Source: Candidatus Methylacidiphilaceae bacterium (GTDB lineage: Bacteria > Verrucomicrobiota > Verrucomicrobiia > Methylacidiphilales > Methylacidiphilaceae). Taken from it: DNA of 59,060 nt. Numbering within the stretch: position 1 is the first letter of the stretch; each line of letters opens with the position of its first letter. Shown one piece after another: positions 20,688 through 30,229 of the stretch. Location: the NCBI GenBank assembly GCA_028710285.1, contig JAQTUK010000001.1, positions 1 through 59,060 of the forward strand, written 5' to 3'. The translations under genes were made by a program, and so were the position numbers. The notes under the pieces are model-generated. The model searched no databases and was not told where the DNA came from. It was given only the letters and a program-made list of their open reading frames with translations.

Positions 20688-21632
20688 ATGAACCAACCGG
20701 AACAGGATAAGGGAGACCGAGGGCGGATCGGCCTAGGGAAGCGGCTCGTCCTCAGCATTATCGCGGGCCTGCTTGGCTATGCGGCGACCCGGCTCATGCT
20801 GGGAGGGCAGGGGGATTTTGTCTCGACCCAGGATTCGTTTCTGAGCGCCCATGCGGTTCGGATCGCCCCGAAGGTCTCCGGGTATCTGGAGCGGCTCCTC
20901 ATCGACGACAACACGCGGGTCGAGCAGGGGCAACTTCTCGGTCTGATCGACCCCAGGGACAACCAGGCCCGGGTCGCGGTCGCCGATGCGATCCGCCTCT
21001 TGGCGGGAACCGAGTGGTTTCGCATGCACCGGCTCGTCATGGCTCACGCGACACCCGAGTTGAATCTCGACACGGCGGTTGCCGTGAATTCCACGACCGA
21101 GGCGGTGCTCCGTTTGGAAACGCTCACCCTCGGCTATAGCGAGCTTCGCGCCCCGATCTCCGGAAAGATTTCCGGCCGCAGGGTTGATCAGGGGAATTAC
21201 GTCGCGCCGGGGCAGTTTCTCTTCTCGATCGTTCCGGCTGGCGTCTGGGTGACGGCCAACTTCCGGGAGAGGGAGCTCGGCCACATTCGGCCGGGGCGCC
21301 CCGCGGAAATTCGAATCTGGGCGCAGCCCGGCCGTGTCTATCGCGGCCACGTGGAGAGCATCCAGCGCGGCACCCGGTCGGCCTTGAGTCCCTATCCCTT
21401 GCTGGATATGCGGCTCAATTACGTCAAGCCGGAGCAGCGCATTCCGGTGAAAATCCTTTTCGACGAACCAGCGGTCGCCACATCGGAGCTGGGTCCCTGG
21501 ATGACCGCCGCCGTGCGGATCCCGACCAGCTCGGCGAAGTCGGCCATGGGCTGGGCGATCCTCCTGGGGGCGGGAGCCGCGCTTGCTGCTTTTGCTTTCA
21601 GTCCCCGTCTGCTCCGGCGGACGGCTGGATGA
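20688..21632 (+). CDS. HlyD/EmrA-family membrane fusion protein (orphan)
   Basis: IAPKVSGY..DNTRVEQGQLL, LRAPISG, WVTANFRE, QRIPVKI; N- and C-terminal hydrophobic helices. Confidence 0.85.
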   Translation: MNQPEQDKGDRGRIGLGKRLVLSIIAGLLGYAATRLMLGGQGDFVSTQDSFLSAHAVRIAPKVSGYLERLLIDDNTRVEQGQLLGLIDPRDNQARVAVADAIRLLAGTEWFRMHRLVMAHATPELNLDTAVAVNSTTEAVLRLETLTLGYSELRAPISGKISGRRVDQGNYVAPGQFLFSIVPAGVWVTANFRERELGHIRPGRPAEIRIWAQPGRVYRGHVESIQRGTRSALSPYPLLDMRLNYVKPEQRIPVKILFDEPAVATSELGPWMTAAVRIPTSSAKSAMGWAILLGAGAALAAFAFSPRLLRRTAG

Positions 21633-21639
21633 GGAGGTC

Positions 21640-22308
21640 TCATCCGCCCATGTTTGCTTCCTCCGCGGCGGCGCGCAGTTCGCGCAGGGGATCCTCCTCT
21701 CCTCTGTGGAGGAGATGGCTCTCGAGAACGACGCGGTCGGCGCCGTGGATGACGACCGAGGCCAGGCTCTCCCGGCTCACCCCGCCTTCGACCGCGATTT
21801 CATAGGCGAAGTTGCCCTCCTCCCGGCAGCTCTTTGCCTGCGCAACTTTCTTTAGGGTCTCCGGGATGAGCGGCTGACGGGGCCCCGGGTTGGAGGTGAG
21901 GCAGAGAAGGTGGTGAATGCGAGGAAGATGCTTGAGGGCTTTCTCCAAGAGTGTGAGAGGATTGAGGGCGAGTCCGCAGCGACATCCCATCGACCGAATC
22001 AGTTCCATCGTCTTGCGCACGTCGTGACGTGCTTCCAGGTGAACCGTTACGATGTCCGCGCCGGCTTCGATAAAGGCTCGGGCGTAGCGATCCGGCTGCT
22101 CGATCCGAAGATGGACCTCGATGGGAAGCTCCGTCGTTGCGCGAAGCGCGGCGACGAAGTCGGGTCCGCCGCCCAGGTTCGGCACGAAATGACCATCCAT
22201 GACCTCCACGTGGAGCAGATCGATTCCGGCCATCTCGAGTTCACGCACTTCGCTCTCCGTCTGGCAGGGCTTGGCCCCGACGACCGCGGTAAATCGCACG
22301 GATCTCAC
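21640..22308 (-). CDS. Ribulose-phosphate 3-epimerase-like protein with altered catalytic residues
   Basis: HVEVMDGHFVPNL, EVHL, TVHLE, GLALNPLT, VEGGV. Confidence 0.8.
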   Translation of the reverse strand: MRSVRFTAVVGAKPCQTESEVRELEMAGIDLLHVEVMDGHFVPNLGGGPDFVAALRATTELPIEVHLRIEQPDRYARAFIEAGADIVTVHLEARHDVRKTMELIRSMGCRCGLALNPLTLLEKALKHLPRIHHLLCLTSNPGPRQPLIPETLKKVAQAKSCREEGNFAYEIAVEGGVSRESLASVVIHGADRVVLESHLLHRGEEDPLRELRAAAEEANMGG

Positions 22309-22320
22309 GTAAAAAGTCTC

Positions 22321-22704
22321 CTACGCTCTCTTTCGTTCGATCAGCTCGATCTCGTACCCTTCCGGTCCGTCGATGAATGCGAAGCGCGTCCCGGAGCTGC
22401 TGGTCGTGGGTCCATCGGAAAAGGGATAACCCTTGGCCGATGCCCACTTGCCGAATTCCTCGAGGCTGTCGACCTCGAAAGCCAGATGGGTTAAATCGGG
22501 CGGCACGACGACCGGCCCCGACGCCGGATAGTGGCAAATTTCGAGCAGCTCCTCGCTTTCGGGAGCCTTCAGGAAGACCAAGGTCGAGCCCCGAGGGGAG
22601 GTCGACCGGCTCACTTCCTCAAGGCCGAGCACTTCGGTAAAAAAGGCGACGATCTTTCCTAAGTCGTTTACCCGATATCGCGTATGCAGCAGCCGACGCA
22701 CCAT
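22321..22704 (-). CDS. VOC/glyoxalase I family protein
   Basis: LLHTRYRVNDL, FFTEVLG, HLAFEV, DGPEGYEIELIE. Confidence 0.9.
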   Translation of the reverse strand: MVRRLLHTRYRVNDLGKIVAFFTEVLGLEEVSRSTSPRGSTLVFLKAPESEELLEICHYPASGPVVVPPDLTHLAFEVDSLEEFGKWASAKGYPFSDGPTTSSSGTRFAFIDGPEGYEIELIERKRA

Positions 22705-22819
22705 AAGCAGCGTTCTCCCGTTTCTCTCGCAAAATCGAGAGGGTGTCCTTGAATCAATCCCTCGGGCGGACAATGGTCACGCGGCAAACGGAAGCTTGAG
22801 GAGCCCGGATTTCCCATGC

Positions 22820-23890
22820 CTACCACGACTGCCGGAAGCTTTCGTCCCGCTTGAGATCGCCCAAGAAAAGGCTAAGCCAGTCCGCCAGCGTTTCGAGGTC
22901 CTGGAGATGGACGACCTCGACGGGGCTGTGCATGTACCGGTTGGGAATGCCGAGAGCGGCGGTGGGAATGCCCCCGCGCTGCAGGAAGATGGCATCCGCA
23001 TCGGTGCCCGAGCGGCGAGGGTCGATTCCCTGCTGGTAGGTGATCCCGTGGGTGTCCGCGACCTCCGCCAACCGGCGGACGAGCAGAGGATGGTTCACGC
23101 TCCCGCGGCTGAGGATCGGGCCCTTGCCGAGCTGCACGTCGCCATGGCGCTTCTTGTCGGCAATCGGGATGTCGGTGGCATGGCCGACGTCGACCACGAC
23201 GGCGGCATCGGGATGGGCCGAGTAGCCGACCATGGCGGCTCCAAAAAGGCCGTTTTCTTCCTGAATCGTCGAAGCCGCGATGACGCAGGCCTGCAACGTC
23301 TCCCTCCGGGCGGCGGTTCTCCGGAGGGCCTCGGCGACCACGAAGGCTCCCACGCGATCGTCGCAGGCTCTGCCCACCCACAACTCCCCATGGAGCGGAG
23401 CAAAGCCCGAATCGTAAGTCACCAAGTCGCCGATGGAGACGCGCTCAAGGGCTTCCTTCTGGTTCTGAGCTCCGATGTCGATGAAGAGTTCGTGCCACTT
23501 GGGCGGCTCCTGCTTGCCTTCGCGATCCTGCAGGTGAATGGCGAGGGAGCCGATGACTCCCAGGACGGCTTTTCCCTGGTGATGGATCCGCACCCGCTGG
23601 CCTCTGGCCAACAGCGGATCGGAGCCGCCCACCGTCGTAAAGTAGAGGAAGCCGCGATCGTCGACATATTGCACTTGAAAGCCGATCTCGTCGATGTGGG
23701 CCGCCAGGAGGATCTTGGGGGAGCCCTCCGGATGAAGCAGGGCGAGGGCATTGCCGTAAGCGTCGGTCTCGACCCGGTCCGCGTAGGGCTTGACGTATTC
23801 GATCCAGGAGTGTTGCGCGACGCCCTCCTGGCTCGAGGGGCTGGGAGTCTCGATCAAGGTCCGAAGGAAATCTAGCTGTTCTTTCTGCAC
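22820..23890 (-). CDS. M42 family metallo-aminopeptidase
   Basis: AAHIDEIG, ACDDRVG, QEENG, VDV, GTDADA, RYMHSPVE. Confidence 0.93.
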   Translation of the reverse strand: MQKEQLDFLRTLIETPSPSSQEGVAQHSWIEYVKPYADRVETDAYGNALALLHPEGSPKILLAAHIDEIGFQVQYVDDRGFLYFTTVGGSDPLLARGQRVRIHHQGKAVLGVIGSLAIHLQDREGKQEPPKWHELFIDIGAQNQKEALERVSIGDLVTYDSGFAPLHGELWVGRACDDRVGAFVVAEALRRTAARRETLQACVIAASTIQEENGLFGAAMVGYSAHPDAAVVVDVGHATDIPIADKKRHGDVQLGKGPILSRGSVNHPLLVRRLAEVADTHGITYQQGIDPRRSGTDADAIFLQRGGIPTAALGIPNRYMHSPVEVVHLQDLETLADWLSLFLGDLKRDESFRQSW

Positions 23891-23932
23891 AAGCGTATCA
23901 CCGTAGCGAAGGATTCGTCTTTCCGCAACCGC

Positions 23933-24583
23933 CTACTCATTGGCAACCGGTCTCGCCCTGGCCGCTGCCCTTGCCAGCAGGATCTCCCGAGCCACCGGAA
24001 GCAGGGAAAGGGCGATGATCAGCAAGAGAAAGAGGTGGAGGTGGCTCTGGACCCCGGGGGCGCTCCCGAGGAAAAAGCCGGCGAGAAGAAAGAGGGCCAC
24101 CCACGAGATGCCCCCCGCCGCATTCCAGAAGAAGAAGCGGGAATAGGACATCGTTCCCACGCCGGCGACGAAGGGGGCGAAGGTACGCAGAACGGGAATG
24201 AACCGGGCGAGGACGATCGCCCGTGCCCCGTACCGGCGGCAGAGGGCCCGAGCGCGAATCAGGTGGCGCCGATTGAGCCAGCGGGCATGGGGATCGCGAA
24301 AGATCGCCGGGCCGGTCCGCAAGCCGATCCAGTAATTGACGCTATCCCCCAGGATCGCGGCGAGGATGAGGCCCAAAAGCAGGGTGGGCAGATGGAGCCA
24401 GCCTTGAGCGGCGAAGGCCCCCAGGAGGAAAAGAAGGCTATCTCCCGGAAGGAAGGGCAAGACGACCAGGCCCGTCTCGCAAAAGACGATCCCGAAGAGA
24501 AGGGGATAGGCCCAGACTCCATGGTCGTTCACCAGCGACCGCAGAAGATCCTCCCACGCGGCCAAGATCGCAAACCCGTGCAT
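23933..24583 (-). CDS. DedA family membrane protein
   Basis: FCETGLVVLPFLPGDSLLF, GDSVNYWIG, ARFIPVLRTFAPFVAG. Confidence 0.95.
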   Translation of the reverse strand: MHGFAILAAWEDLLRSLVNDHGVWAYPLLFGIVFCETGLVVLPFLPGDSLLFLLGAFAAQGWLHLPTLLLGLILAAILGDSVNYWIGLRTGPAIFRDPHARWLNRRHLIRARALCRRYGARAIVLARFIPVLRTFAPFVAGVGTMSYSRFFFWNAAGGISWVALFLLAGFFLGSAPGVQSHLHLFLLLIIALSLLPVAREILLARAAARARPVANE

Positions 24584-24607
24584 CTCTGTTCTTCTTCCTT
24601 CCTTGGC

Positions 24608-24635
24608 TTGACACTTTGGGTCAAGTGCCTAAGCT
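24608..24635 (+). promoter_or_regulatory. Putative sigma70 promoter of hsp20
   Basis: TTGACA-N16-TAAGCT, overlapped by an imperfect inverted repeat. Confidence 0.5.
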
Positions 24636-24711
24636 TGTCATTATCAATTGGCTGCTCTCCGAAGACTTCGGGAGTGGCCAGCATAGGAAACTCAAACGGA
24701 AGGAGAAGGCA

Positions 24712-25182
24712 ATGAATGGCTTGGTACGACGAGGTCCGGCAGGAGGTGTCTGGGATCCTTTCCGCGAGTTGGAGGAGATGCGGAAGCGGATGGCCACGCT
24801 CTGGGAGCGGCCGCTCGAGCTCCTGGAGACGCCGAGCGAGCGCTTGGAGCTCGCCGAATGGCGGCCCCTGGCCGACATCACCGAGGACGACAAGGAGTAT
24901 CTGGTAAAGCTCGAGCTTCCCGGCATGAAGCGGGAAGAGGTGAAGGTATCCATGGAGTCGGGCGTGCTTACGATATCGGGCGAGCGGAAGCTGGAAAAAG
25001 AAGAAAAGGGGAAGAAATATCACCGGGTCGAGCGGGCCTACGGCTCCTTCTCCCGGTCGTTCGTGATTCCCGACGACGTGGTGGCCGACAAGATCGATGC
25101 GCAGTTCAAGGAGGGAGTCCTCCAAGTGCATCTGCCGAAGGGAGAGCACGCGAAGCCAAAGACGATCGAGGTCAAAGGCTGA
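24712..25182 (+). CDS. Hsp20/alpha-crystallin small heat-shock protein
   Basis: WDPFREL, DITE..ELPG, LTISGER, ERAYGSFSRSF, GVLQVHLPK; SD AGGAG. Confidence 0.96.
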   Translation: MNGLVRRGPAGGVWDPFRELEEMRKRMATLWERPLELLETPSERLELAEWRPLADITEDDKEYLVKLELPGMKREEVKVSMESGVLTISGERKLEKEEKGKKYHRVERAYGSFSRSFVIPDDVVADKIDAQFKEGVLQVHLPKGEHAKPKTIEVKG

Positions 25183-25205
25183 TTCCACGCAGCTTCGGTT
25201 GGAGA

Positions 25206-25235
25206 GAAAGGCCCTTCATCAACGAAGGGCCTTTC
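25206..25235 (+). terminator. Stem-loop terminator after hsp20
   Basis: Perfect 12-bp stem GAAAGGCCCTTC-ATCAAC-GAAGGGCCTTTC. Confidence 0.75.
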
Positions 25236-25353
25236 CATTACAAGCGATGGGCGAAGGCGGGAAATCCGATTGACAGAAGCTGCGTGAGGGAGCAAAGAAA
25301 AAGGGTCGCGTTCATTGGCGCACGCAGCGCAGAGTCGGAGGAAGGAGGAGAGG

Positions 25354-26265
25354 TTGTCAAAGGGGTGGTTGCTCGGGGTTTTTCTCACCGTTCTTGCGTG
25401 CGCGTCCGCCCGCTCTGCGTCATCGCCCGCCAGTAGTCCCGATCTCGCCGAGGAAGCTCTCCAAGGTCCGGCGCTCGCCGGGGTGGATTTGAGCGAAAGC
25501 TCTGCCCAGGGAGTTGCTCCGGAAGGTGGCAAGGAAGGCGTCTCGGGAGTCTCGAATCCGTTTACCGTCAAATCGGGGCTCTACGCGGGGCTCTTCGGCG
25601 GAGGAGCCTTTTCCAACGCGGAATATGGCTATTCGGCCTATCCCGGGCCGGTGGGCCTTTCCCCTTTTACCTCAAGAGGCGGCATCGTCAACGGCGTCGG
25701 AGGTTTTGTGCTCGGCTACGAGTTCGCCGGCAATAAGATTGGAGACAGCTGGGACTTCTACTGGAGGCCCGCCGTCCAGCTCGACGCCTTCTACCTCGGC
25801 CTGACCGCCGACTCCTCGGGACCGGGCTATGGCGCCCCCGCAGTGCCGGGTGCAATCAGCAGCAACCAGAACTTCAACGCCGGGGTCATTACGGTCGACG
25901 GCCTCCTTAATTTGTACACCCCGGTCCTGACCCTCCATTTCGGAATCGGAGTCGGGGGCGCCTACATCAGCAACTCCTCGGCCTCGGCGGTGCCGAACGG
26001 GGGGCCGGCCGGGGGCCAGAACCTGCTCGGCGCAGGAATCACCACCGATTCGGGCGCCTTCGCCGTCCAGGGGATCGCCGGGATCGACCGATGGATCGGC
26101 AAGCGCTGGTCGATCTTCCTGGAATACCGCTACCTCTTGCTCACCGGAACCAACTTCAGCTACAATGGCAGTCCGGCGGTCTTCGGTCCGGGCCAGGTGG
26201 TGAGCCAGCACTTCGACCAGTTTACCGCCAACCTGGTGCTGGCCGGACTCCGGTACAAGTTCTGA
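25354..26265 (+). CDS. 8-stranded outer-membrane beta-barrel protein
   Basis: TTG after GGAGGAG SD; signal peptide; amphipathic strands; C-terminal AGLRYKF. Confidence 0.85.
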   Translation: MSKGWLLGVFLTVLACASARSASSPASSPDLAEEALQGPALAGVDLSESSAQGVAPEGGKEGVSGVSNPFTVKSGLYAGLFGGGAFSNAEYGYSAYPGPVGLSPFTSRGGIVNGVGGFVLGYEFAGNKIGDSWDFYWRPAVQLDAFYLGLTADSSGPGYGAPAVPGAISSNQNFNAGVITVDGLLNLYTPVLTLHFGIGVGGAYISNSSASAVPNGGPAGGQNLLGAGITTDSGAFAVQGIAGIDRWIGKRWSIFLEYRYLLLTGTNFSYNGSPAVFGPGQVVSQHFDQFTANLVLAGLRYKF

Positions 26266-26282
26266 TGAGGAGGCCAGTACGG

Positions 26283-26585
26283 ATGAAAAAACAGCAGCGT
26301 CTTTTCCGGGGCTTAACCCTGGCCATGGGGCTAGGCGGACTGCTTTTTCTTTCCACCTCATGGGCAGGAACGGAGTTCGAGCCGCCCATCCCCAAGTTTC
26401 CCTACGGTCCGACCGATCCCAAGGGCAATCCCTATTCCGTCGCTGCGACCGATCTGGTCTTCAGCCCGACATCGCCTTATGTCCGGGCCTCCTCGGAAGT
26501 CGCCAAGCTCGAAAAATCGAAGCGCACGACCCGTCGCGCAGCGAAGAGAAAAGCGGCGCCCACCGATTTCAAAGGGACGCCTTAG
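26283..26585 (+). CDS. Small secreted hypothetical protein with basic tail
   Basis: Signal peptide ending TSWA; GAGGAGG upstream; alternative start 26265 overlaps the OMP stop. Confidence 0.6.
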   Translation: MKKQQRLFRGLTLAMGLGGLLFLSTSWAGTEFEPPIPKFPYGPTDPKGNPYSVAATDLVFSPTSPYVRASSEVAKLEKSKRTTRRAAKRKAAPTDFKGTP

Positions 26586-28144
26586 CGGCCCAGCGAGAGA
26601 GAGTTCCGGCCTTCGGTTGACGGAACGACAGCCTGCACCTCCCCTTCCGGAGAGGGCCTTCGCATGGCGCTGGGAGGCAGGTAGACGCCGAGCAGGTAGC
26701 GCTGCCACCAGGATCCAGTGTGCTGAAGCTCGGCCCACGAGCTGAACCGGTAATCGTAAAGAAGAGCCCGGACATACGTCGGGGCAGAGCCCGGAAAGGG
26801 ATTGGAGGCGAACAGGGCGGCCACCTCCGGGCTACCCTCCAAGAGGCGCAGGACGAGCCGAGGAAACCAGGGGGTGCGCTCCGGCCCGTTCAAGGCGGCA
26901 AACCACATCTGCCAGTCGAGCCTCGGCTGATAGGGGGCGACGAACGCAGGCATCTTGCGCAGCTCCCCGGGCTTCCAACGAAACGGGTACGGCAGCCAGC
27001 TCACCCCATCGCGGCTCCCCTCGATCACGATTTCGAGACGCCGGGTCGTCATGACCGCGAAGGCTCCGTAGTCGTTGACGCTGCGAAAGGGCCCGATCGA
27101 GCGAAGCACGATCTCCAGCGACGGAGGCAGCCGGACGCCGAGGACCGCAACGAAAAGGGGCAGGCTCAAAAGAAAGAGGAGCGCGGCGAGGATGGGACTC
27201 AACCGACGCTGGAGAAGGGGAGGCGGGAGGGCTTCCAGGCTGAGGCGGGGCAGAGCTCGTCCGAGAAGGGAGTCGTCCAGGAGGCTAAAGCAGAGAACGA
27301 GGGTGAGCCAGTTGTAGAAGGCATGGTTGCCGGTCAGCAGGATGAAGATCTGCAGCAGGAGCAAGACGGTGAAGGCGAAGAGGCGTCCGAGGCGACCCGC
27401 CAGGAAGAAGAATGGGATGACCAGCTCGGTGGCAAGAACCAGGAAAGTCGAAAGCTCGTGGAACCCGAGCGGGAGATGGAAGAAAAACCAGGAAAGGGGC
27501 GAGGGGAGGGGCTGGGTTTCGTAGTGGTATTGCAACGCGGTCAGGGCACGCCAGGCGCTGTCCCCACTGGCCAGCTTGACGACGCCCGAGAGGAAGATGA
27601 CGCGAAAGAGAAGCCACTGCAGCCAGAGCTGGGCAAGGGGCGGGGGAGAGGGAGCCGCTCCGAACTGGGGCCGGAGTCGCCACGGGGCAACCAGGACGCC
27701 GAGGAGCCCGGCTTCTAAGAGAAAGCTGTCCCATTGGAAGAAAAAGAAGTCCCGGCCCAAGGAGACGAAGGAGAGGTAGATCGCCCAGAGCAACAGGGCG
27801 ATCCCGGCGGGGGCAAGATCGAAAAAGAGAAGGACGGCCAGCAGGACGCCGGTCCAGGCGAATAGCTGCAACAGAAGATCGTTTGCGCCGAGCCACCAGA
27901 AGATCGAAGGCGCTTGGAAATAGCGGGAGAACCCGAGATCGGATCTTCCCACCACCAGCGTTTCGGCGATCGGCAAGATGCCGCGGGATCCCAGAAGCCC
28001 CGGCAACTGGATCGCCAGGGCGAGAAAAGCCACGGAATAGATGGCGGCCAGCCCCCGGAGAAAGAGCCAGATCGCCAACCGGTAGGCGCAGGGGCGCCGT
28101 CCGACCGCGATCTTCGGAAAGATGGCTAGCCAGCGGAAGGCCAT
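26582..28144 (-). CDS. Lipase maturation factor (LMF1) family membrane protein
   Basis: FQWDSFLLEAG, SGVVKL, YHYETQPLP, LTGN, YGAFAVMT, PYQPRLDWQMWFAAL. Confidence 0.92.
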   Translation of the reverse strand: MAFRWLAIFPKIAVGRRPCAYRLAIWLFLRGLAAIYSVAFLALAIQLPGLLGSRGILPIAETLVVGRSDLGFSRYFQAPSIFWWLGANDLLLQLFAWTGVLLAVLLFFDLAPAGIALLLWAIYLSFVSLGRDFFFFQWDSFLLEAGLLGVLVAPWRLRPQFGAAPSPPPLAQLWLQWLLFRVIFLSGVVKLASGDSAWRALTALQYHYETQPLPSPLSWFFFHLPLGFHELSTFLVLATELVIPFFFLAGRLGRLFAFTVLLLLQIFILLTGNHAFYNWLTLVLCFSLLDDSLLGRALPRLSLEALPPPLLQRRLSPILAALLFLLSLPLFVAVLGVRLPPSLEIVLRSIGPFRSVNDYGAFAVMTTRRLEIVIEGSRDGVSWLPYPFRWKPGELRKMPAFVAPYQPRLDWQMWFAALNGPERTPWFPRLVLRLLEGSPEVAALFASNPFPGSAPTYVRALLYDYRFSSWAELQHTGSWWQRYLLGVYLPPSAMRRPSPEGEVQAVVPSTEGRNSLSLGR

Positions 28145-28668
28145 TGTCCGGCGAATGGGTCGGGGCTCTCCGTTTCTCCCTCTCTGCGCGAATCCTCGGC
28201 CGGAGGAGGGGGAAAACGACGCTGTGCTTCCAGCATGCGAAGGAGGTCTTGCGCGTGCGCGCCGACGCGCGGGTGGAGATCCCTCCAGACGATGACCCCC
28301 TCCTCGATCAGGAAGGACGCCCGCTTCACCAGTCCGAGAAAGACGGGCAGGCCGAAGGCCCGGGCGGCCTCGCCGCCCCGGTCCGAAAGGAGCAGAAAGG
28401 GCAAGGAGTGCCGACGGAGAAAGGAAGACAAGCGCTCCGGGGAATCTCTGCTGACTCCCACGACCCGCACCCCCCACGTCTCGAGGTCCTTCGCATGGTC
28501 GCGGAGGTTGCACGCCTGCCGGGTGCAGTAGGGAGTGTGAGCGCGCGGATAGAAATAGAGTAGCGTCCTGCCGGAAGCCAACCGCTCGCCCAGGGCGATC
28601 GTTCTCCCTTCGGAATCCAGGAGAGTCGGCGACGGAGCTCGCGAACCAACCGGAAGGACGCTACGCAT
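28126..28668 (-). CDS. bcp: Peroxiredoxin, BCP/PrxQ type
   Basis: YFYPRAHTPYCTRQAC, GVSRD, LLSD. Confidence 0.9.
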   Translation of the reverse strand: MRSVLPVGSRAPSPTLLDSEGRTIALGERLASGRTLLYFYPRAHTPYCTRQACNLRDHAKDLETWGVRVVGVSRDSPERLSSFLRRHSLPFLLLSDRGGEAARAFGLPVFLGLVKRASFLIEEGVIVWRDLHPRVGAHAQDLLRMLEAQRRFPPPPAEDSRREGETESPDPFAGQWPSAG

Positions 28669-28791
28669 AGGCTTGTCTTGCCACCCCAGCCGGACCATGC
28701 TGAGCGTGTCCAGGCAGTATGAGAAAGGATGAGGGGAAGGTCAAAGCCGGTCTCCGTCTCCGGAGGAACCCTCGCGGAGGAGGGGGGTAAC

Positions 28792-30156
28792 ATGGAGAGT
28801 TGGGTCCCTGGCTTTCTTGCGGCCTTTCCCGGCGGAATGGCCACCGCCGATCCCGAGGCGCTCGCCCAGAACGCGGGGGATGCGTGGCTGGCCTCGCATC
28901 TGCCACAAGCGGTTTTCTACCCGGAGAGCACGGAATCCGTCGTTCGGCTGGCTCAATGGGCCTCCCAGGCCGGAGTATCCATTACCCCGCGAGGGGCAGG
29001 CCGAGGCTACGTGGGAGGGTGCGTTCCGGTCCGCGGGGGGATTGTCGTCAACTTTTCCCGGATGAACCGGATTCGCGAAATCGATCCGCGCGACGGAGTC
29101 GCCATCGTCGAGCCCGGGGTGATCACCGCCCACCTCCAGGAGGCGGCCGCCCGGATCGGCTGGTTTTATCCGCCCGATCCCGCCAGCGCGGCGGAGAGCA
29201 GCCTGGGAGGCAATATCGCGACGAATGCCGGCGGTCCGCGCTGCCTAAAGTACGGAGTCACCCGCCACTATGTGCTCGGCTTGGAGGTCGTGCTGGCCGA
29301 TGGAACCGCCGTGCACGTCGGTGGACGCACCCACAAGAACAAGGTCGGGTTCGACCTCGTCGGCCTCTTCGTTGGCTCCGAAGGGCTTCTCGGGCTGGTG
29401 ACGGAGGCGACTCTGCGGCTGATCCCGCGTCCCCCGCAGCGGGTCTGTGCGGCAGCGGTCTTCCCTTCGATCGAGTCGGCGGCGGGCTGTGTCGAAGAGA
29501 TCTTTGGAGCCGGCCTTCTGCCATCCGCCCTCGAAATTGCCGACCGCTTCACCCTGGCGCGGGCGCGGGAATTTTGTCCGGAGCCGCTTCCGCCCGGCCA
29601 GGCACACCTTCTGGTCGAGATCGACGGCCATCCAGCAGGGGTCGACGCCGAACTGGAAGACCTCCTGCCCCTGCTTCGGCGCTCGGGCGCCGGGGAGGTC
29701 CAGATCGGTCGTGGGGAGGAAGGCTGCGAGCGGCTCTGGCGGACCCGGCGCTCCTTTTCCATGGCCCTGAAGGCCAGCGGTCTCACCAAGCTCAACGAGG
29801 ATGTCGTCGTGCCGAGAAAACGGCTCGTCGACCTCGTGCGCCTGGGAAGCGATCTGGAGCTTCGCTACGGCCTCCCCGTCGCCTGCTTCGGACACGCCGG
29901 GGACGGCAACATCCATGTCAACCTCATGGTCGACCCGAGCCAGCCCGGGGCCGACCGGCGCGCGGAGGAGGCGCTCGACCTCCTCTTCCGCCAGATCGTG
30001 GCCTGGGGAGGATCGATCACGGGAGAGCACGGCATCGGCATGGCCAAGGAGCGCTGGTGGCCTCTTGCCGTCTCCCCCGAGGTCCGCGCCCTCCACAAAC
30101 GATTAAAGGATGCTTTGGACCCAAAGGGGCTCCTCAATCCGGGAAAATTCGTTTGA
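28792..30156 (+). CDS. FAD-linked oxidase, GlcD/D-lactate dehydrogenase family
   Basis: YPPDPAS, GGNIATNAGG, GSEGLLG, FGHAGDGNIH, GEHGIG, DPKGLLNPGK. Confidence 0.92.
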   Translation: MESWVPGFLAAFPGGMATADPEALAQNAGDAWLASHLPQAVFYPESTESVVRLAQWASQAGVSITPRGAGRGYVGGCVPVRGGIVVNFSRMNRIREIDPRDGVAIVEPGVITAHLQEAAARIGWFYPPDPASAAESSLGGNIATNAGGPRCLKYGVTRHYVLGLEVVLADGTAVHVGGRTHKNKVGFDLVGLFVGSEGLLGLVTEATLRLIPRPPQRVCAAAVFPSIESAAGCVEEIFGAGLLPSALEIADRFTLARAREFCPEPLPPGQAHLLVEIDGHPAGVDAELEDLLPLLRRSGAGEVQIGRGEEGCERLWRTRRSFSMALKASGLTKLNEDVVVPRKRLVDLVRLGSDLELRYGLPVACFGHAGDGNIHVNLMVDPSQPGADRRAEEALDLLFRQIVAWGGSITGEHGIGMAKERWWPLAVSPEVRALHKRLKDALDPKGLLNPGKFV

Positions 30157-30229
30157 TTTTCTTGGCTTCGCCCGTCAGGCTACCCAATCCGATCCGGCGC
30201 TCGCGCGGGGAGCCGGATTCCAGGAACCT

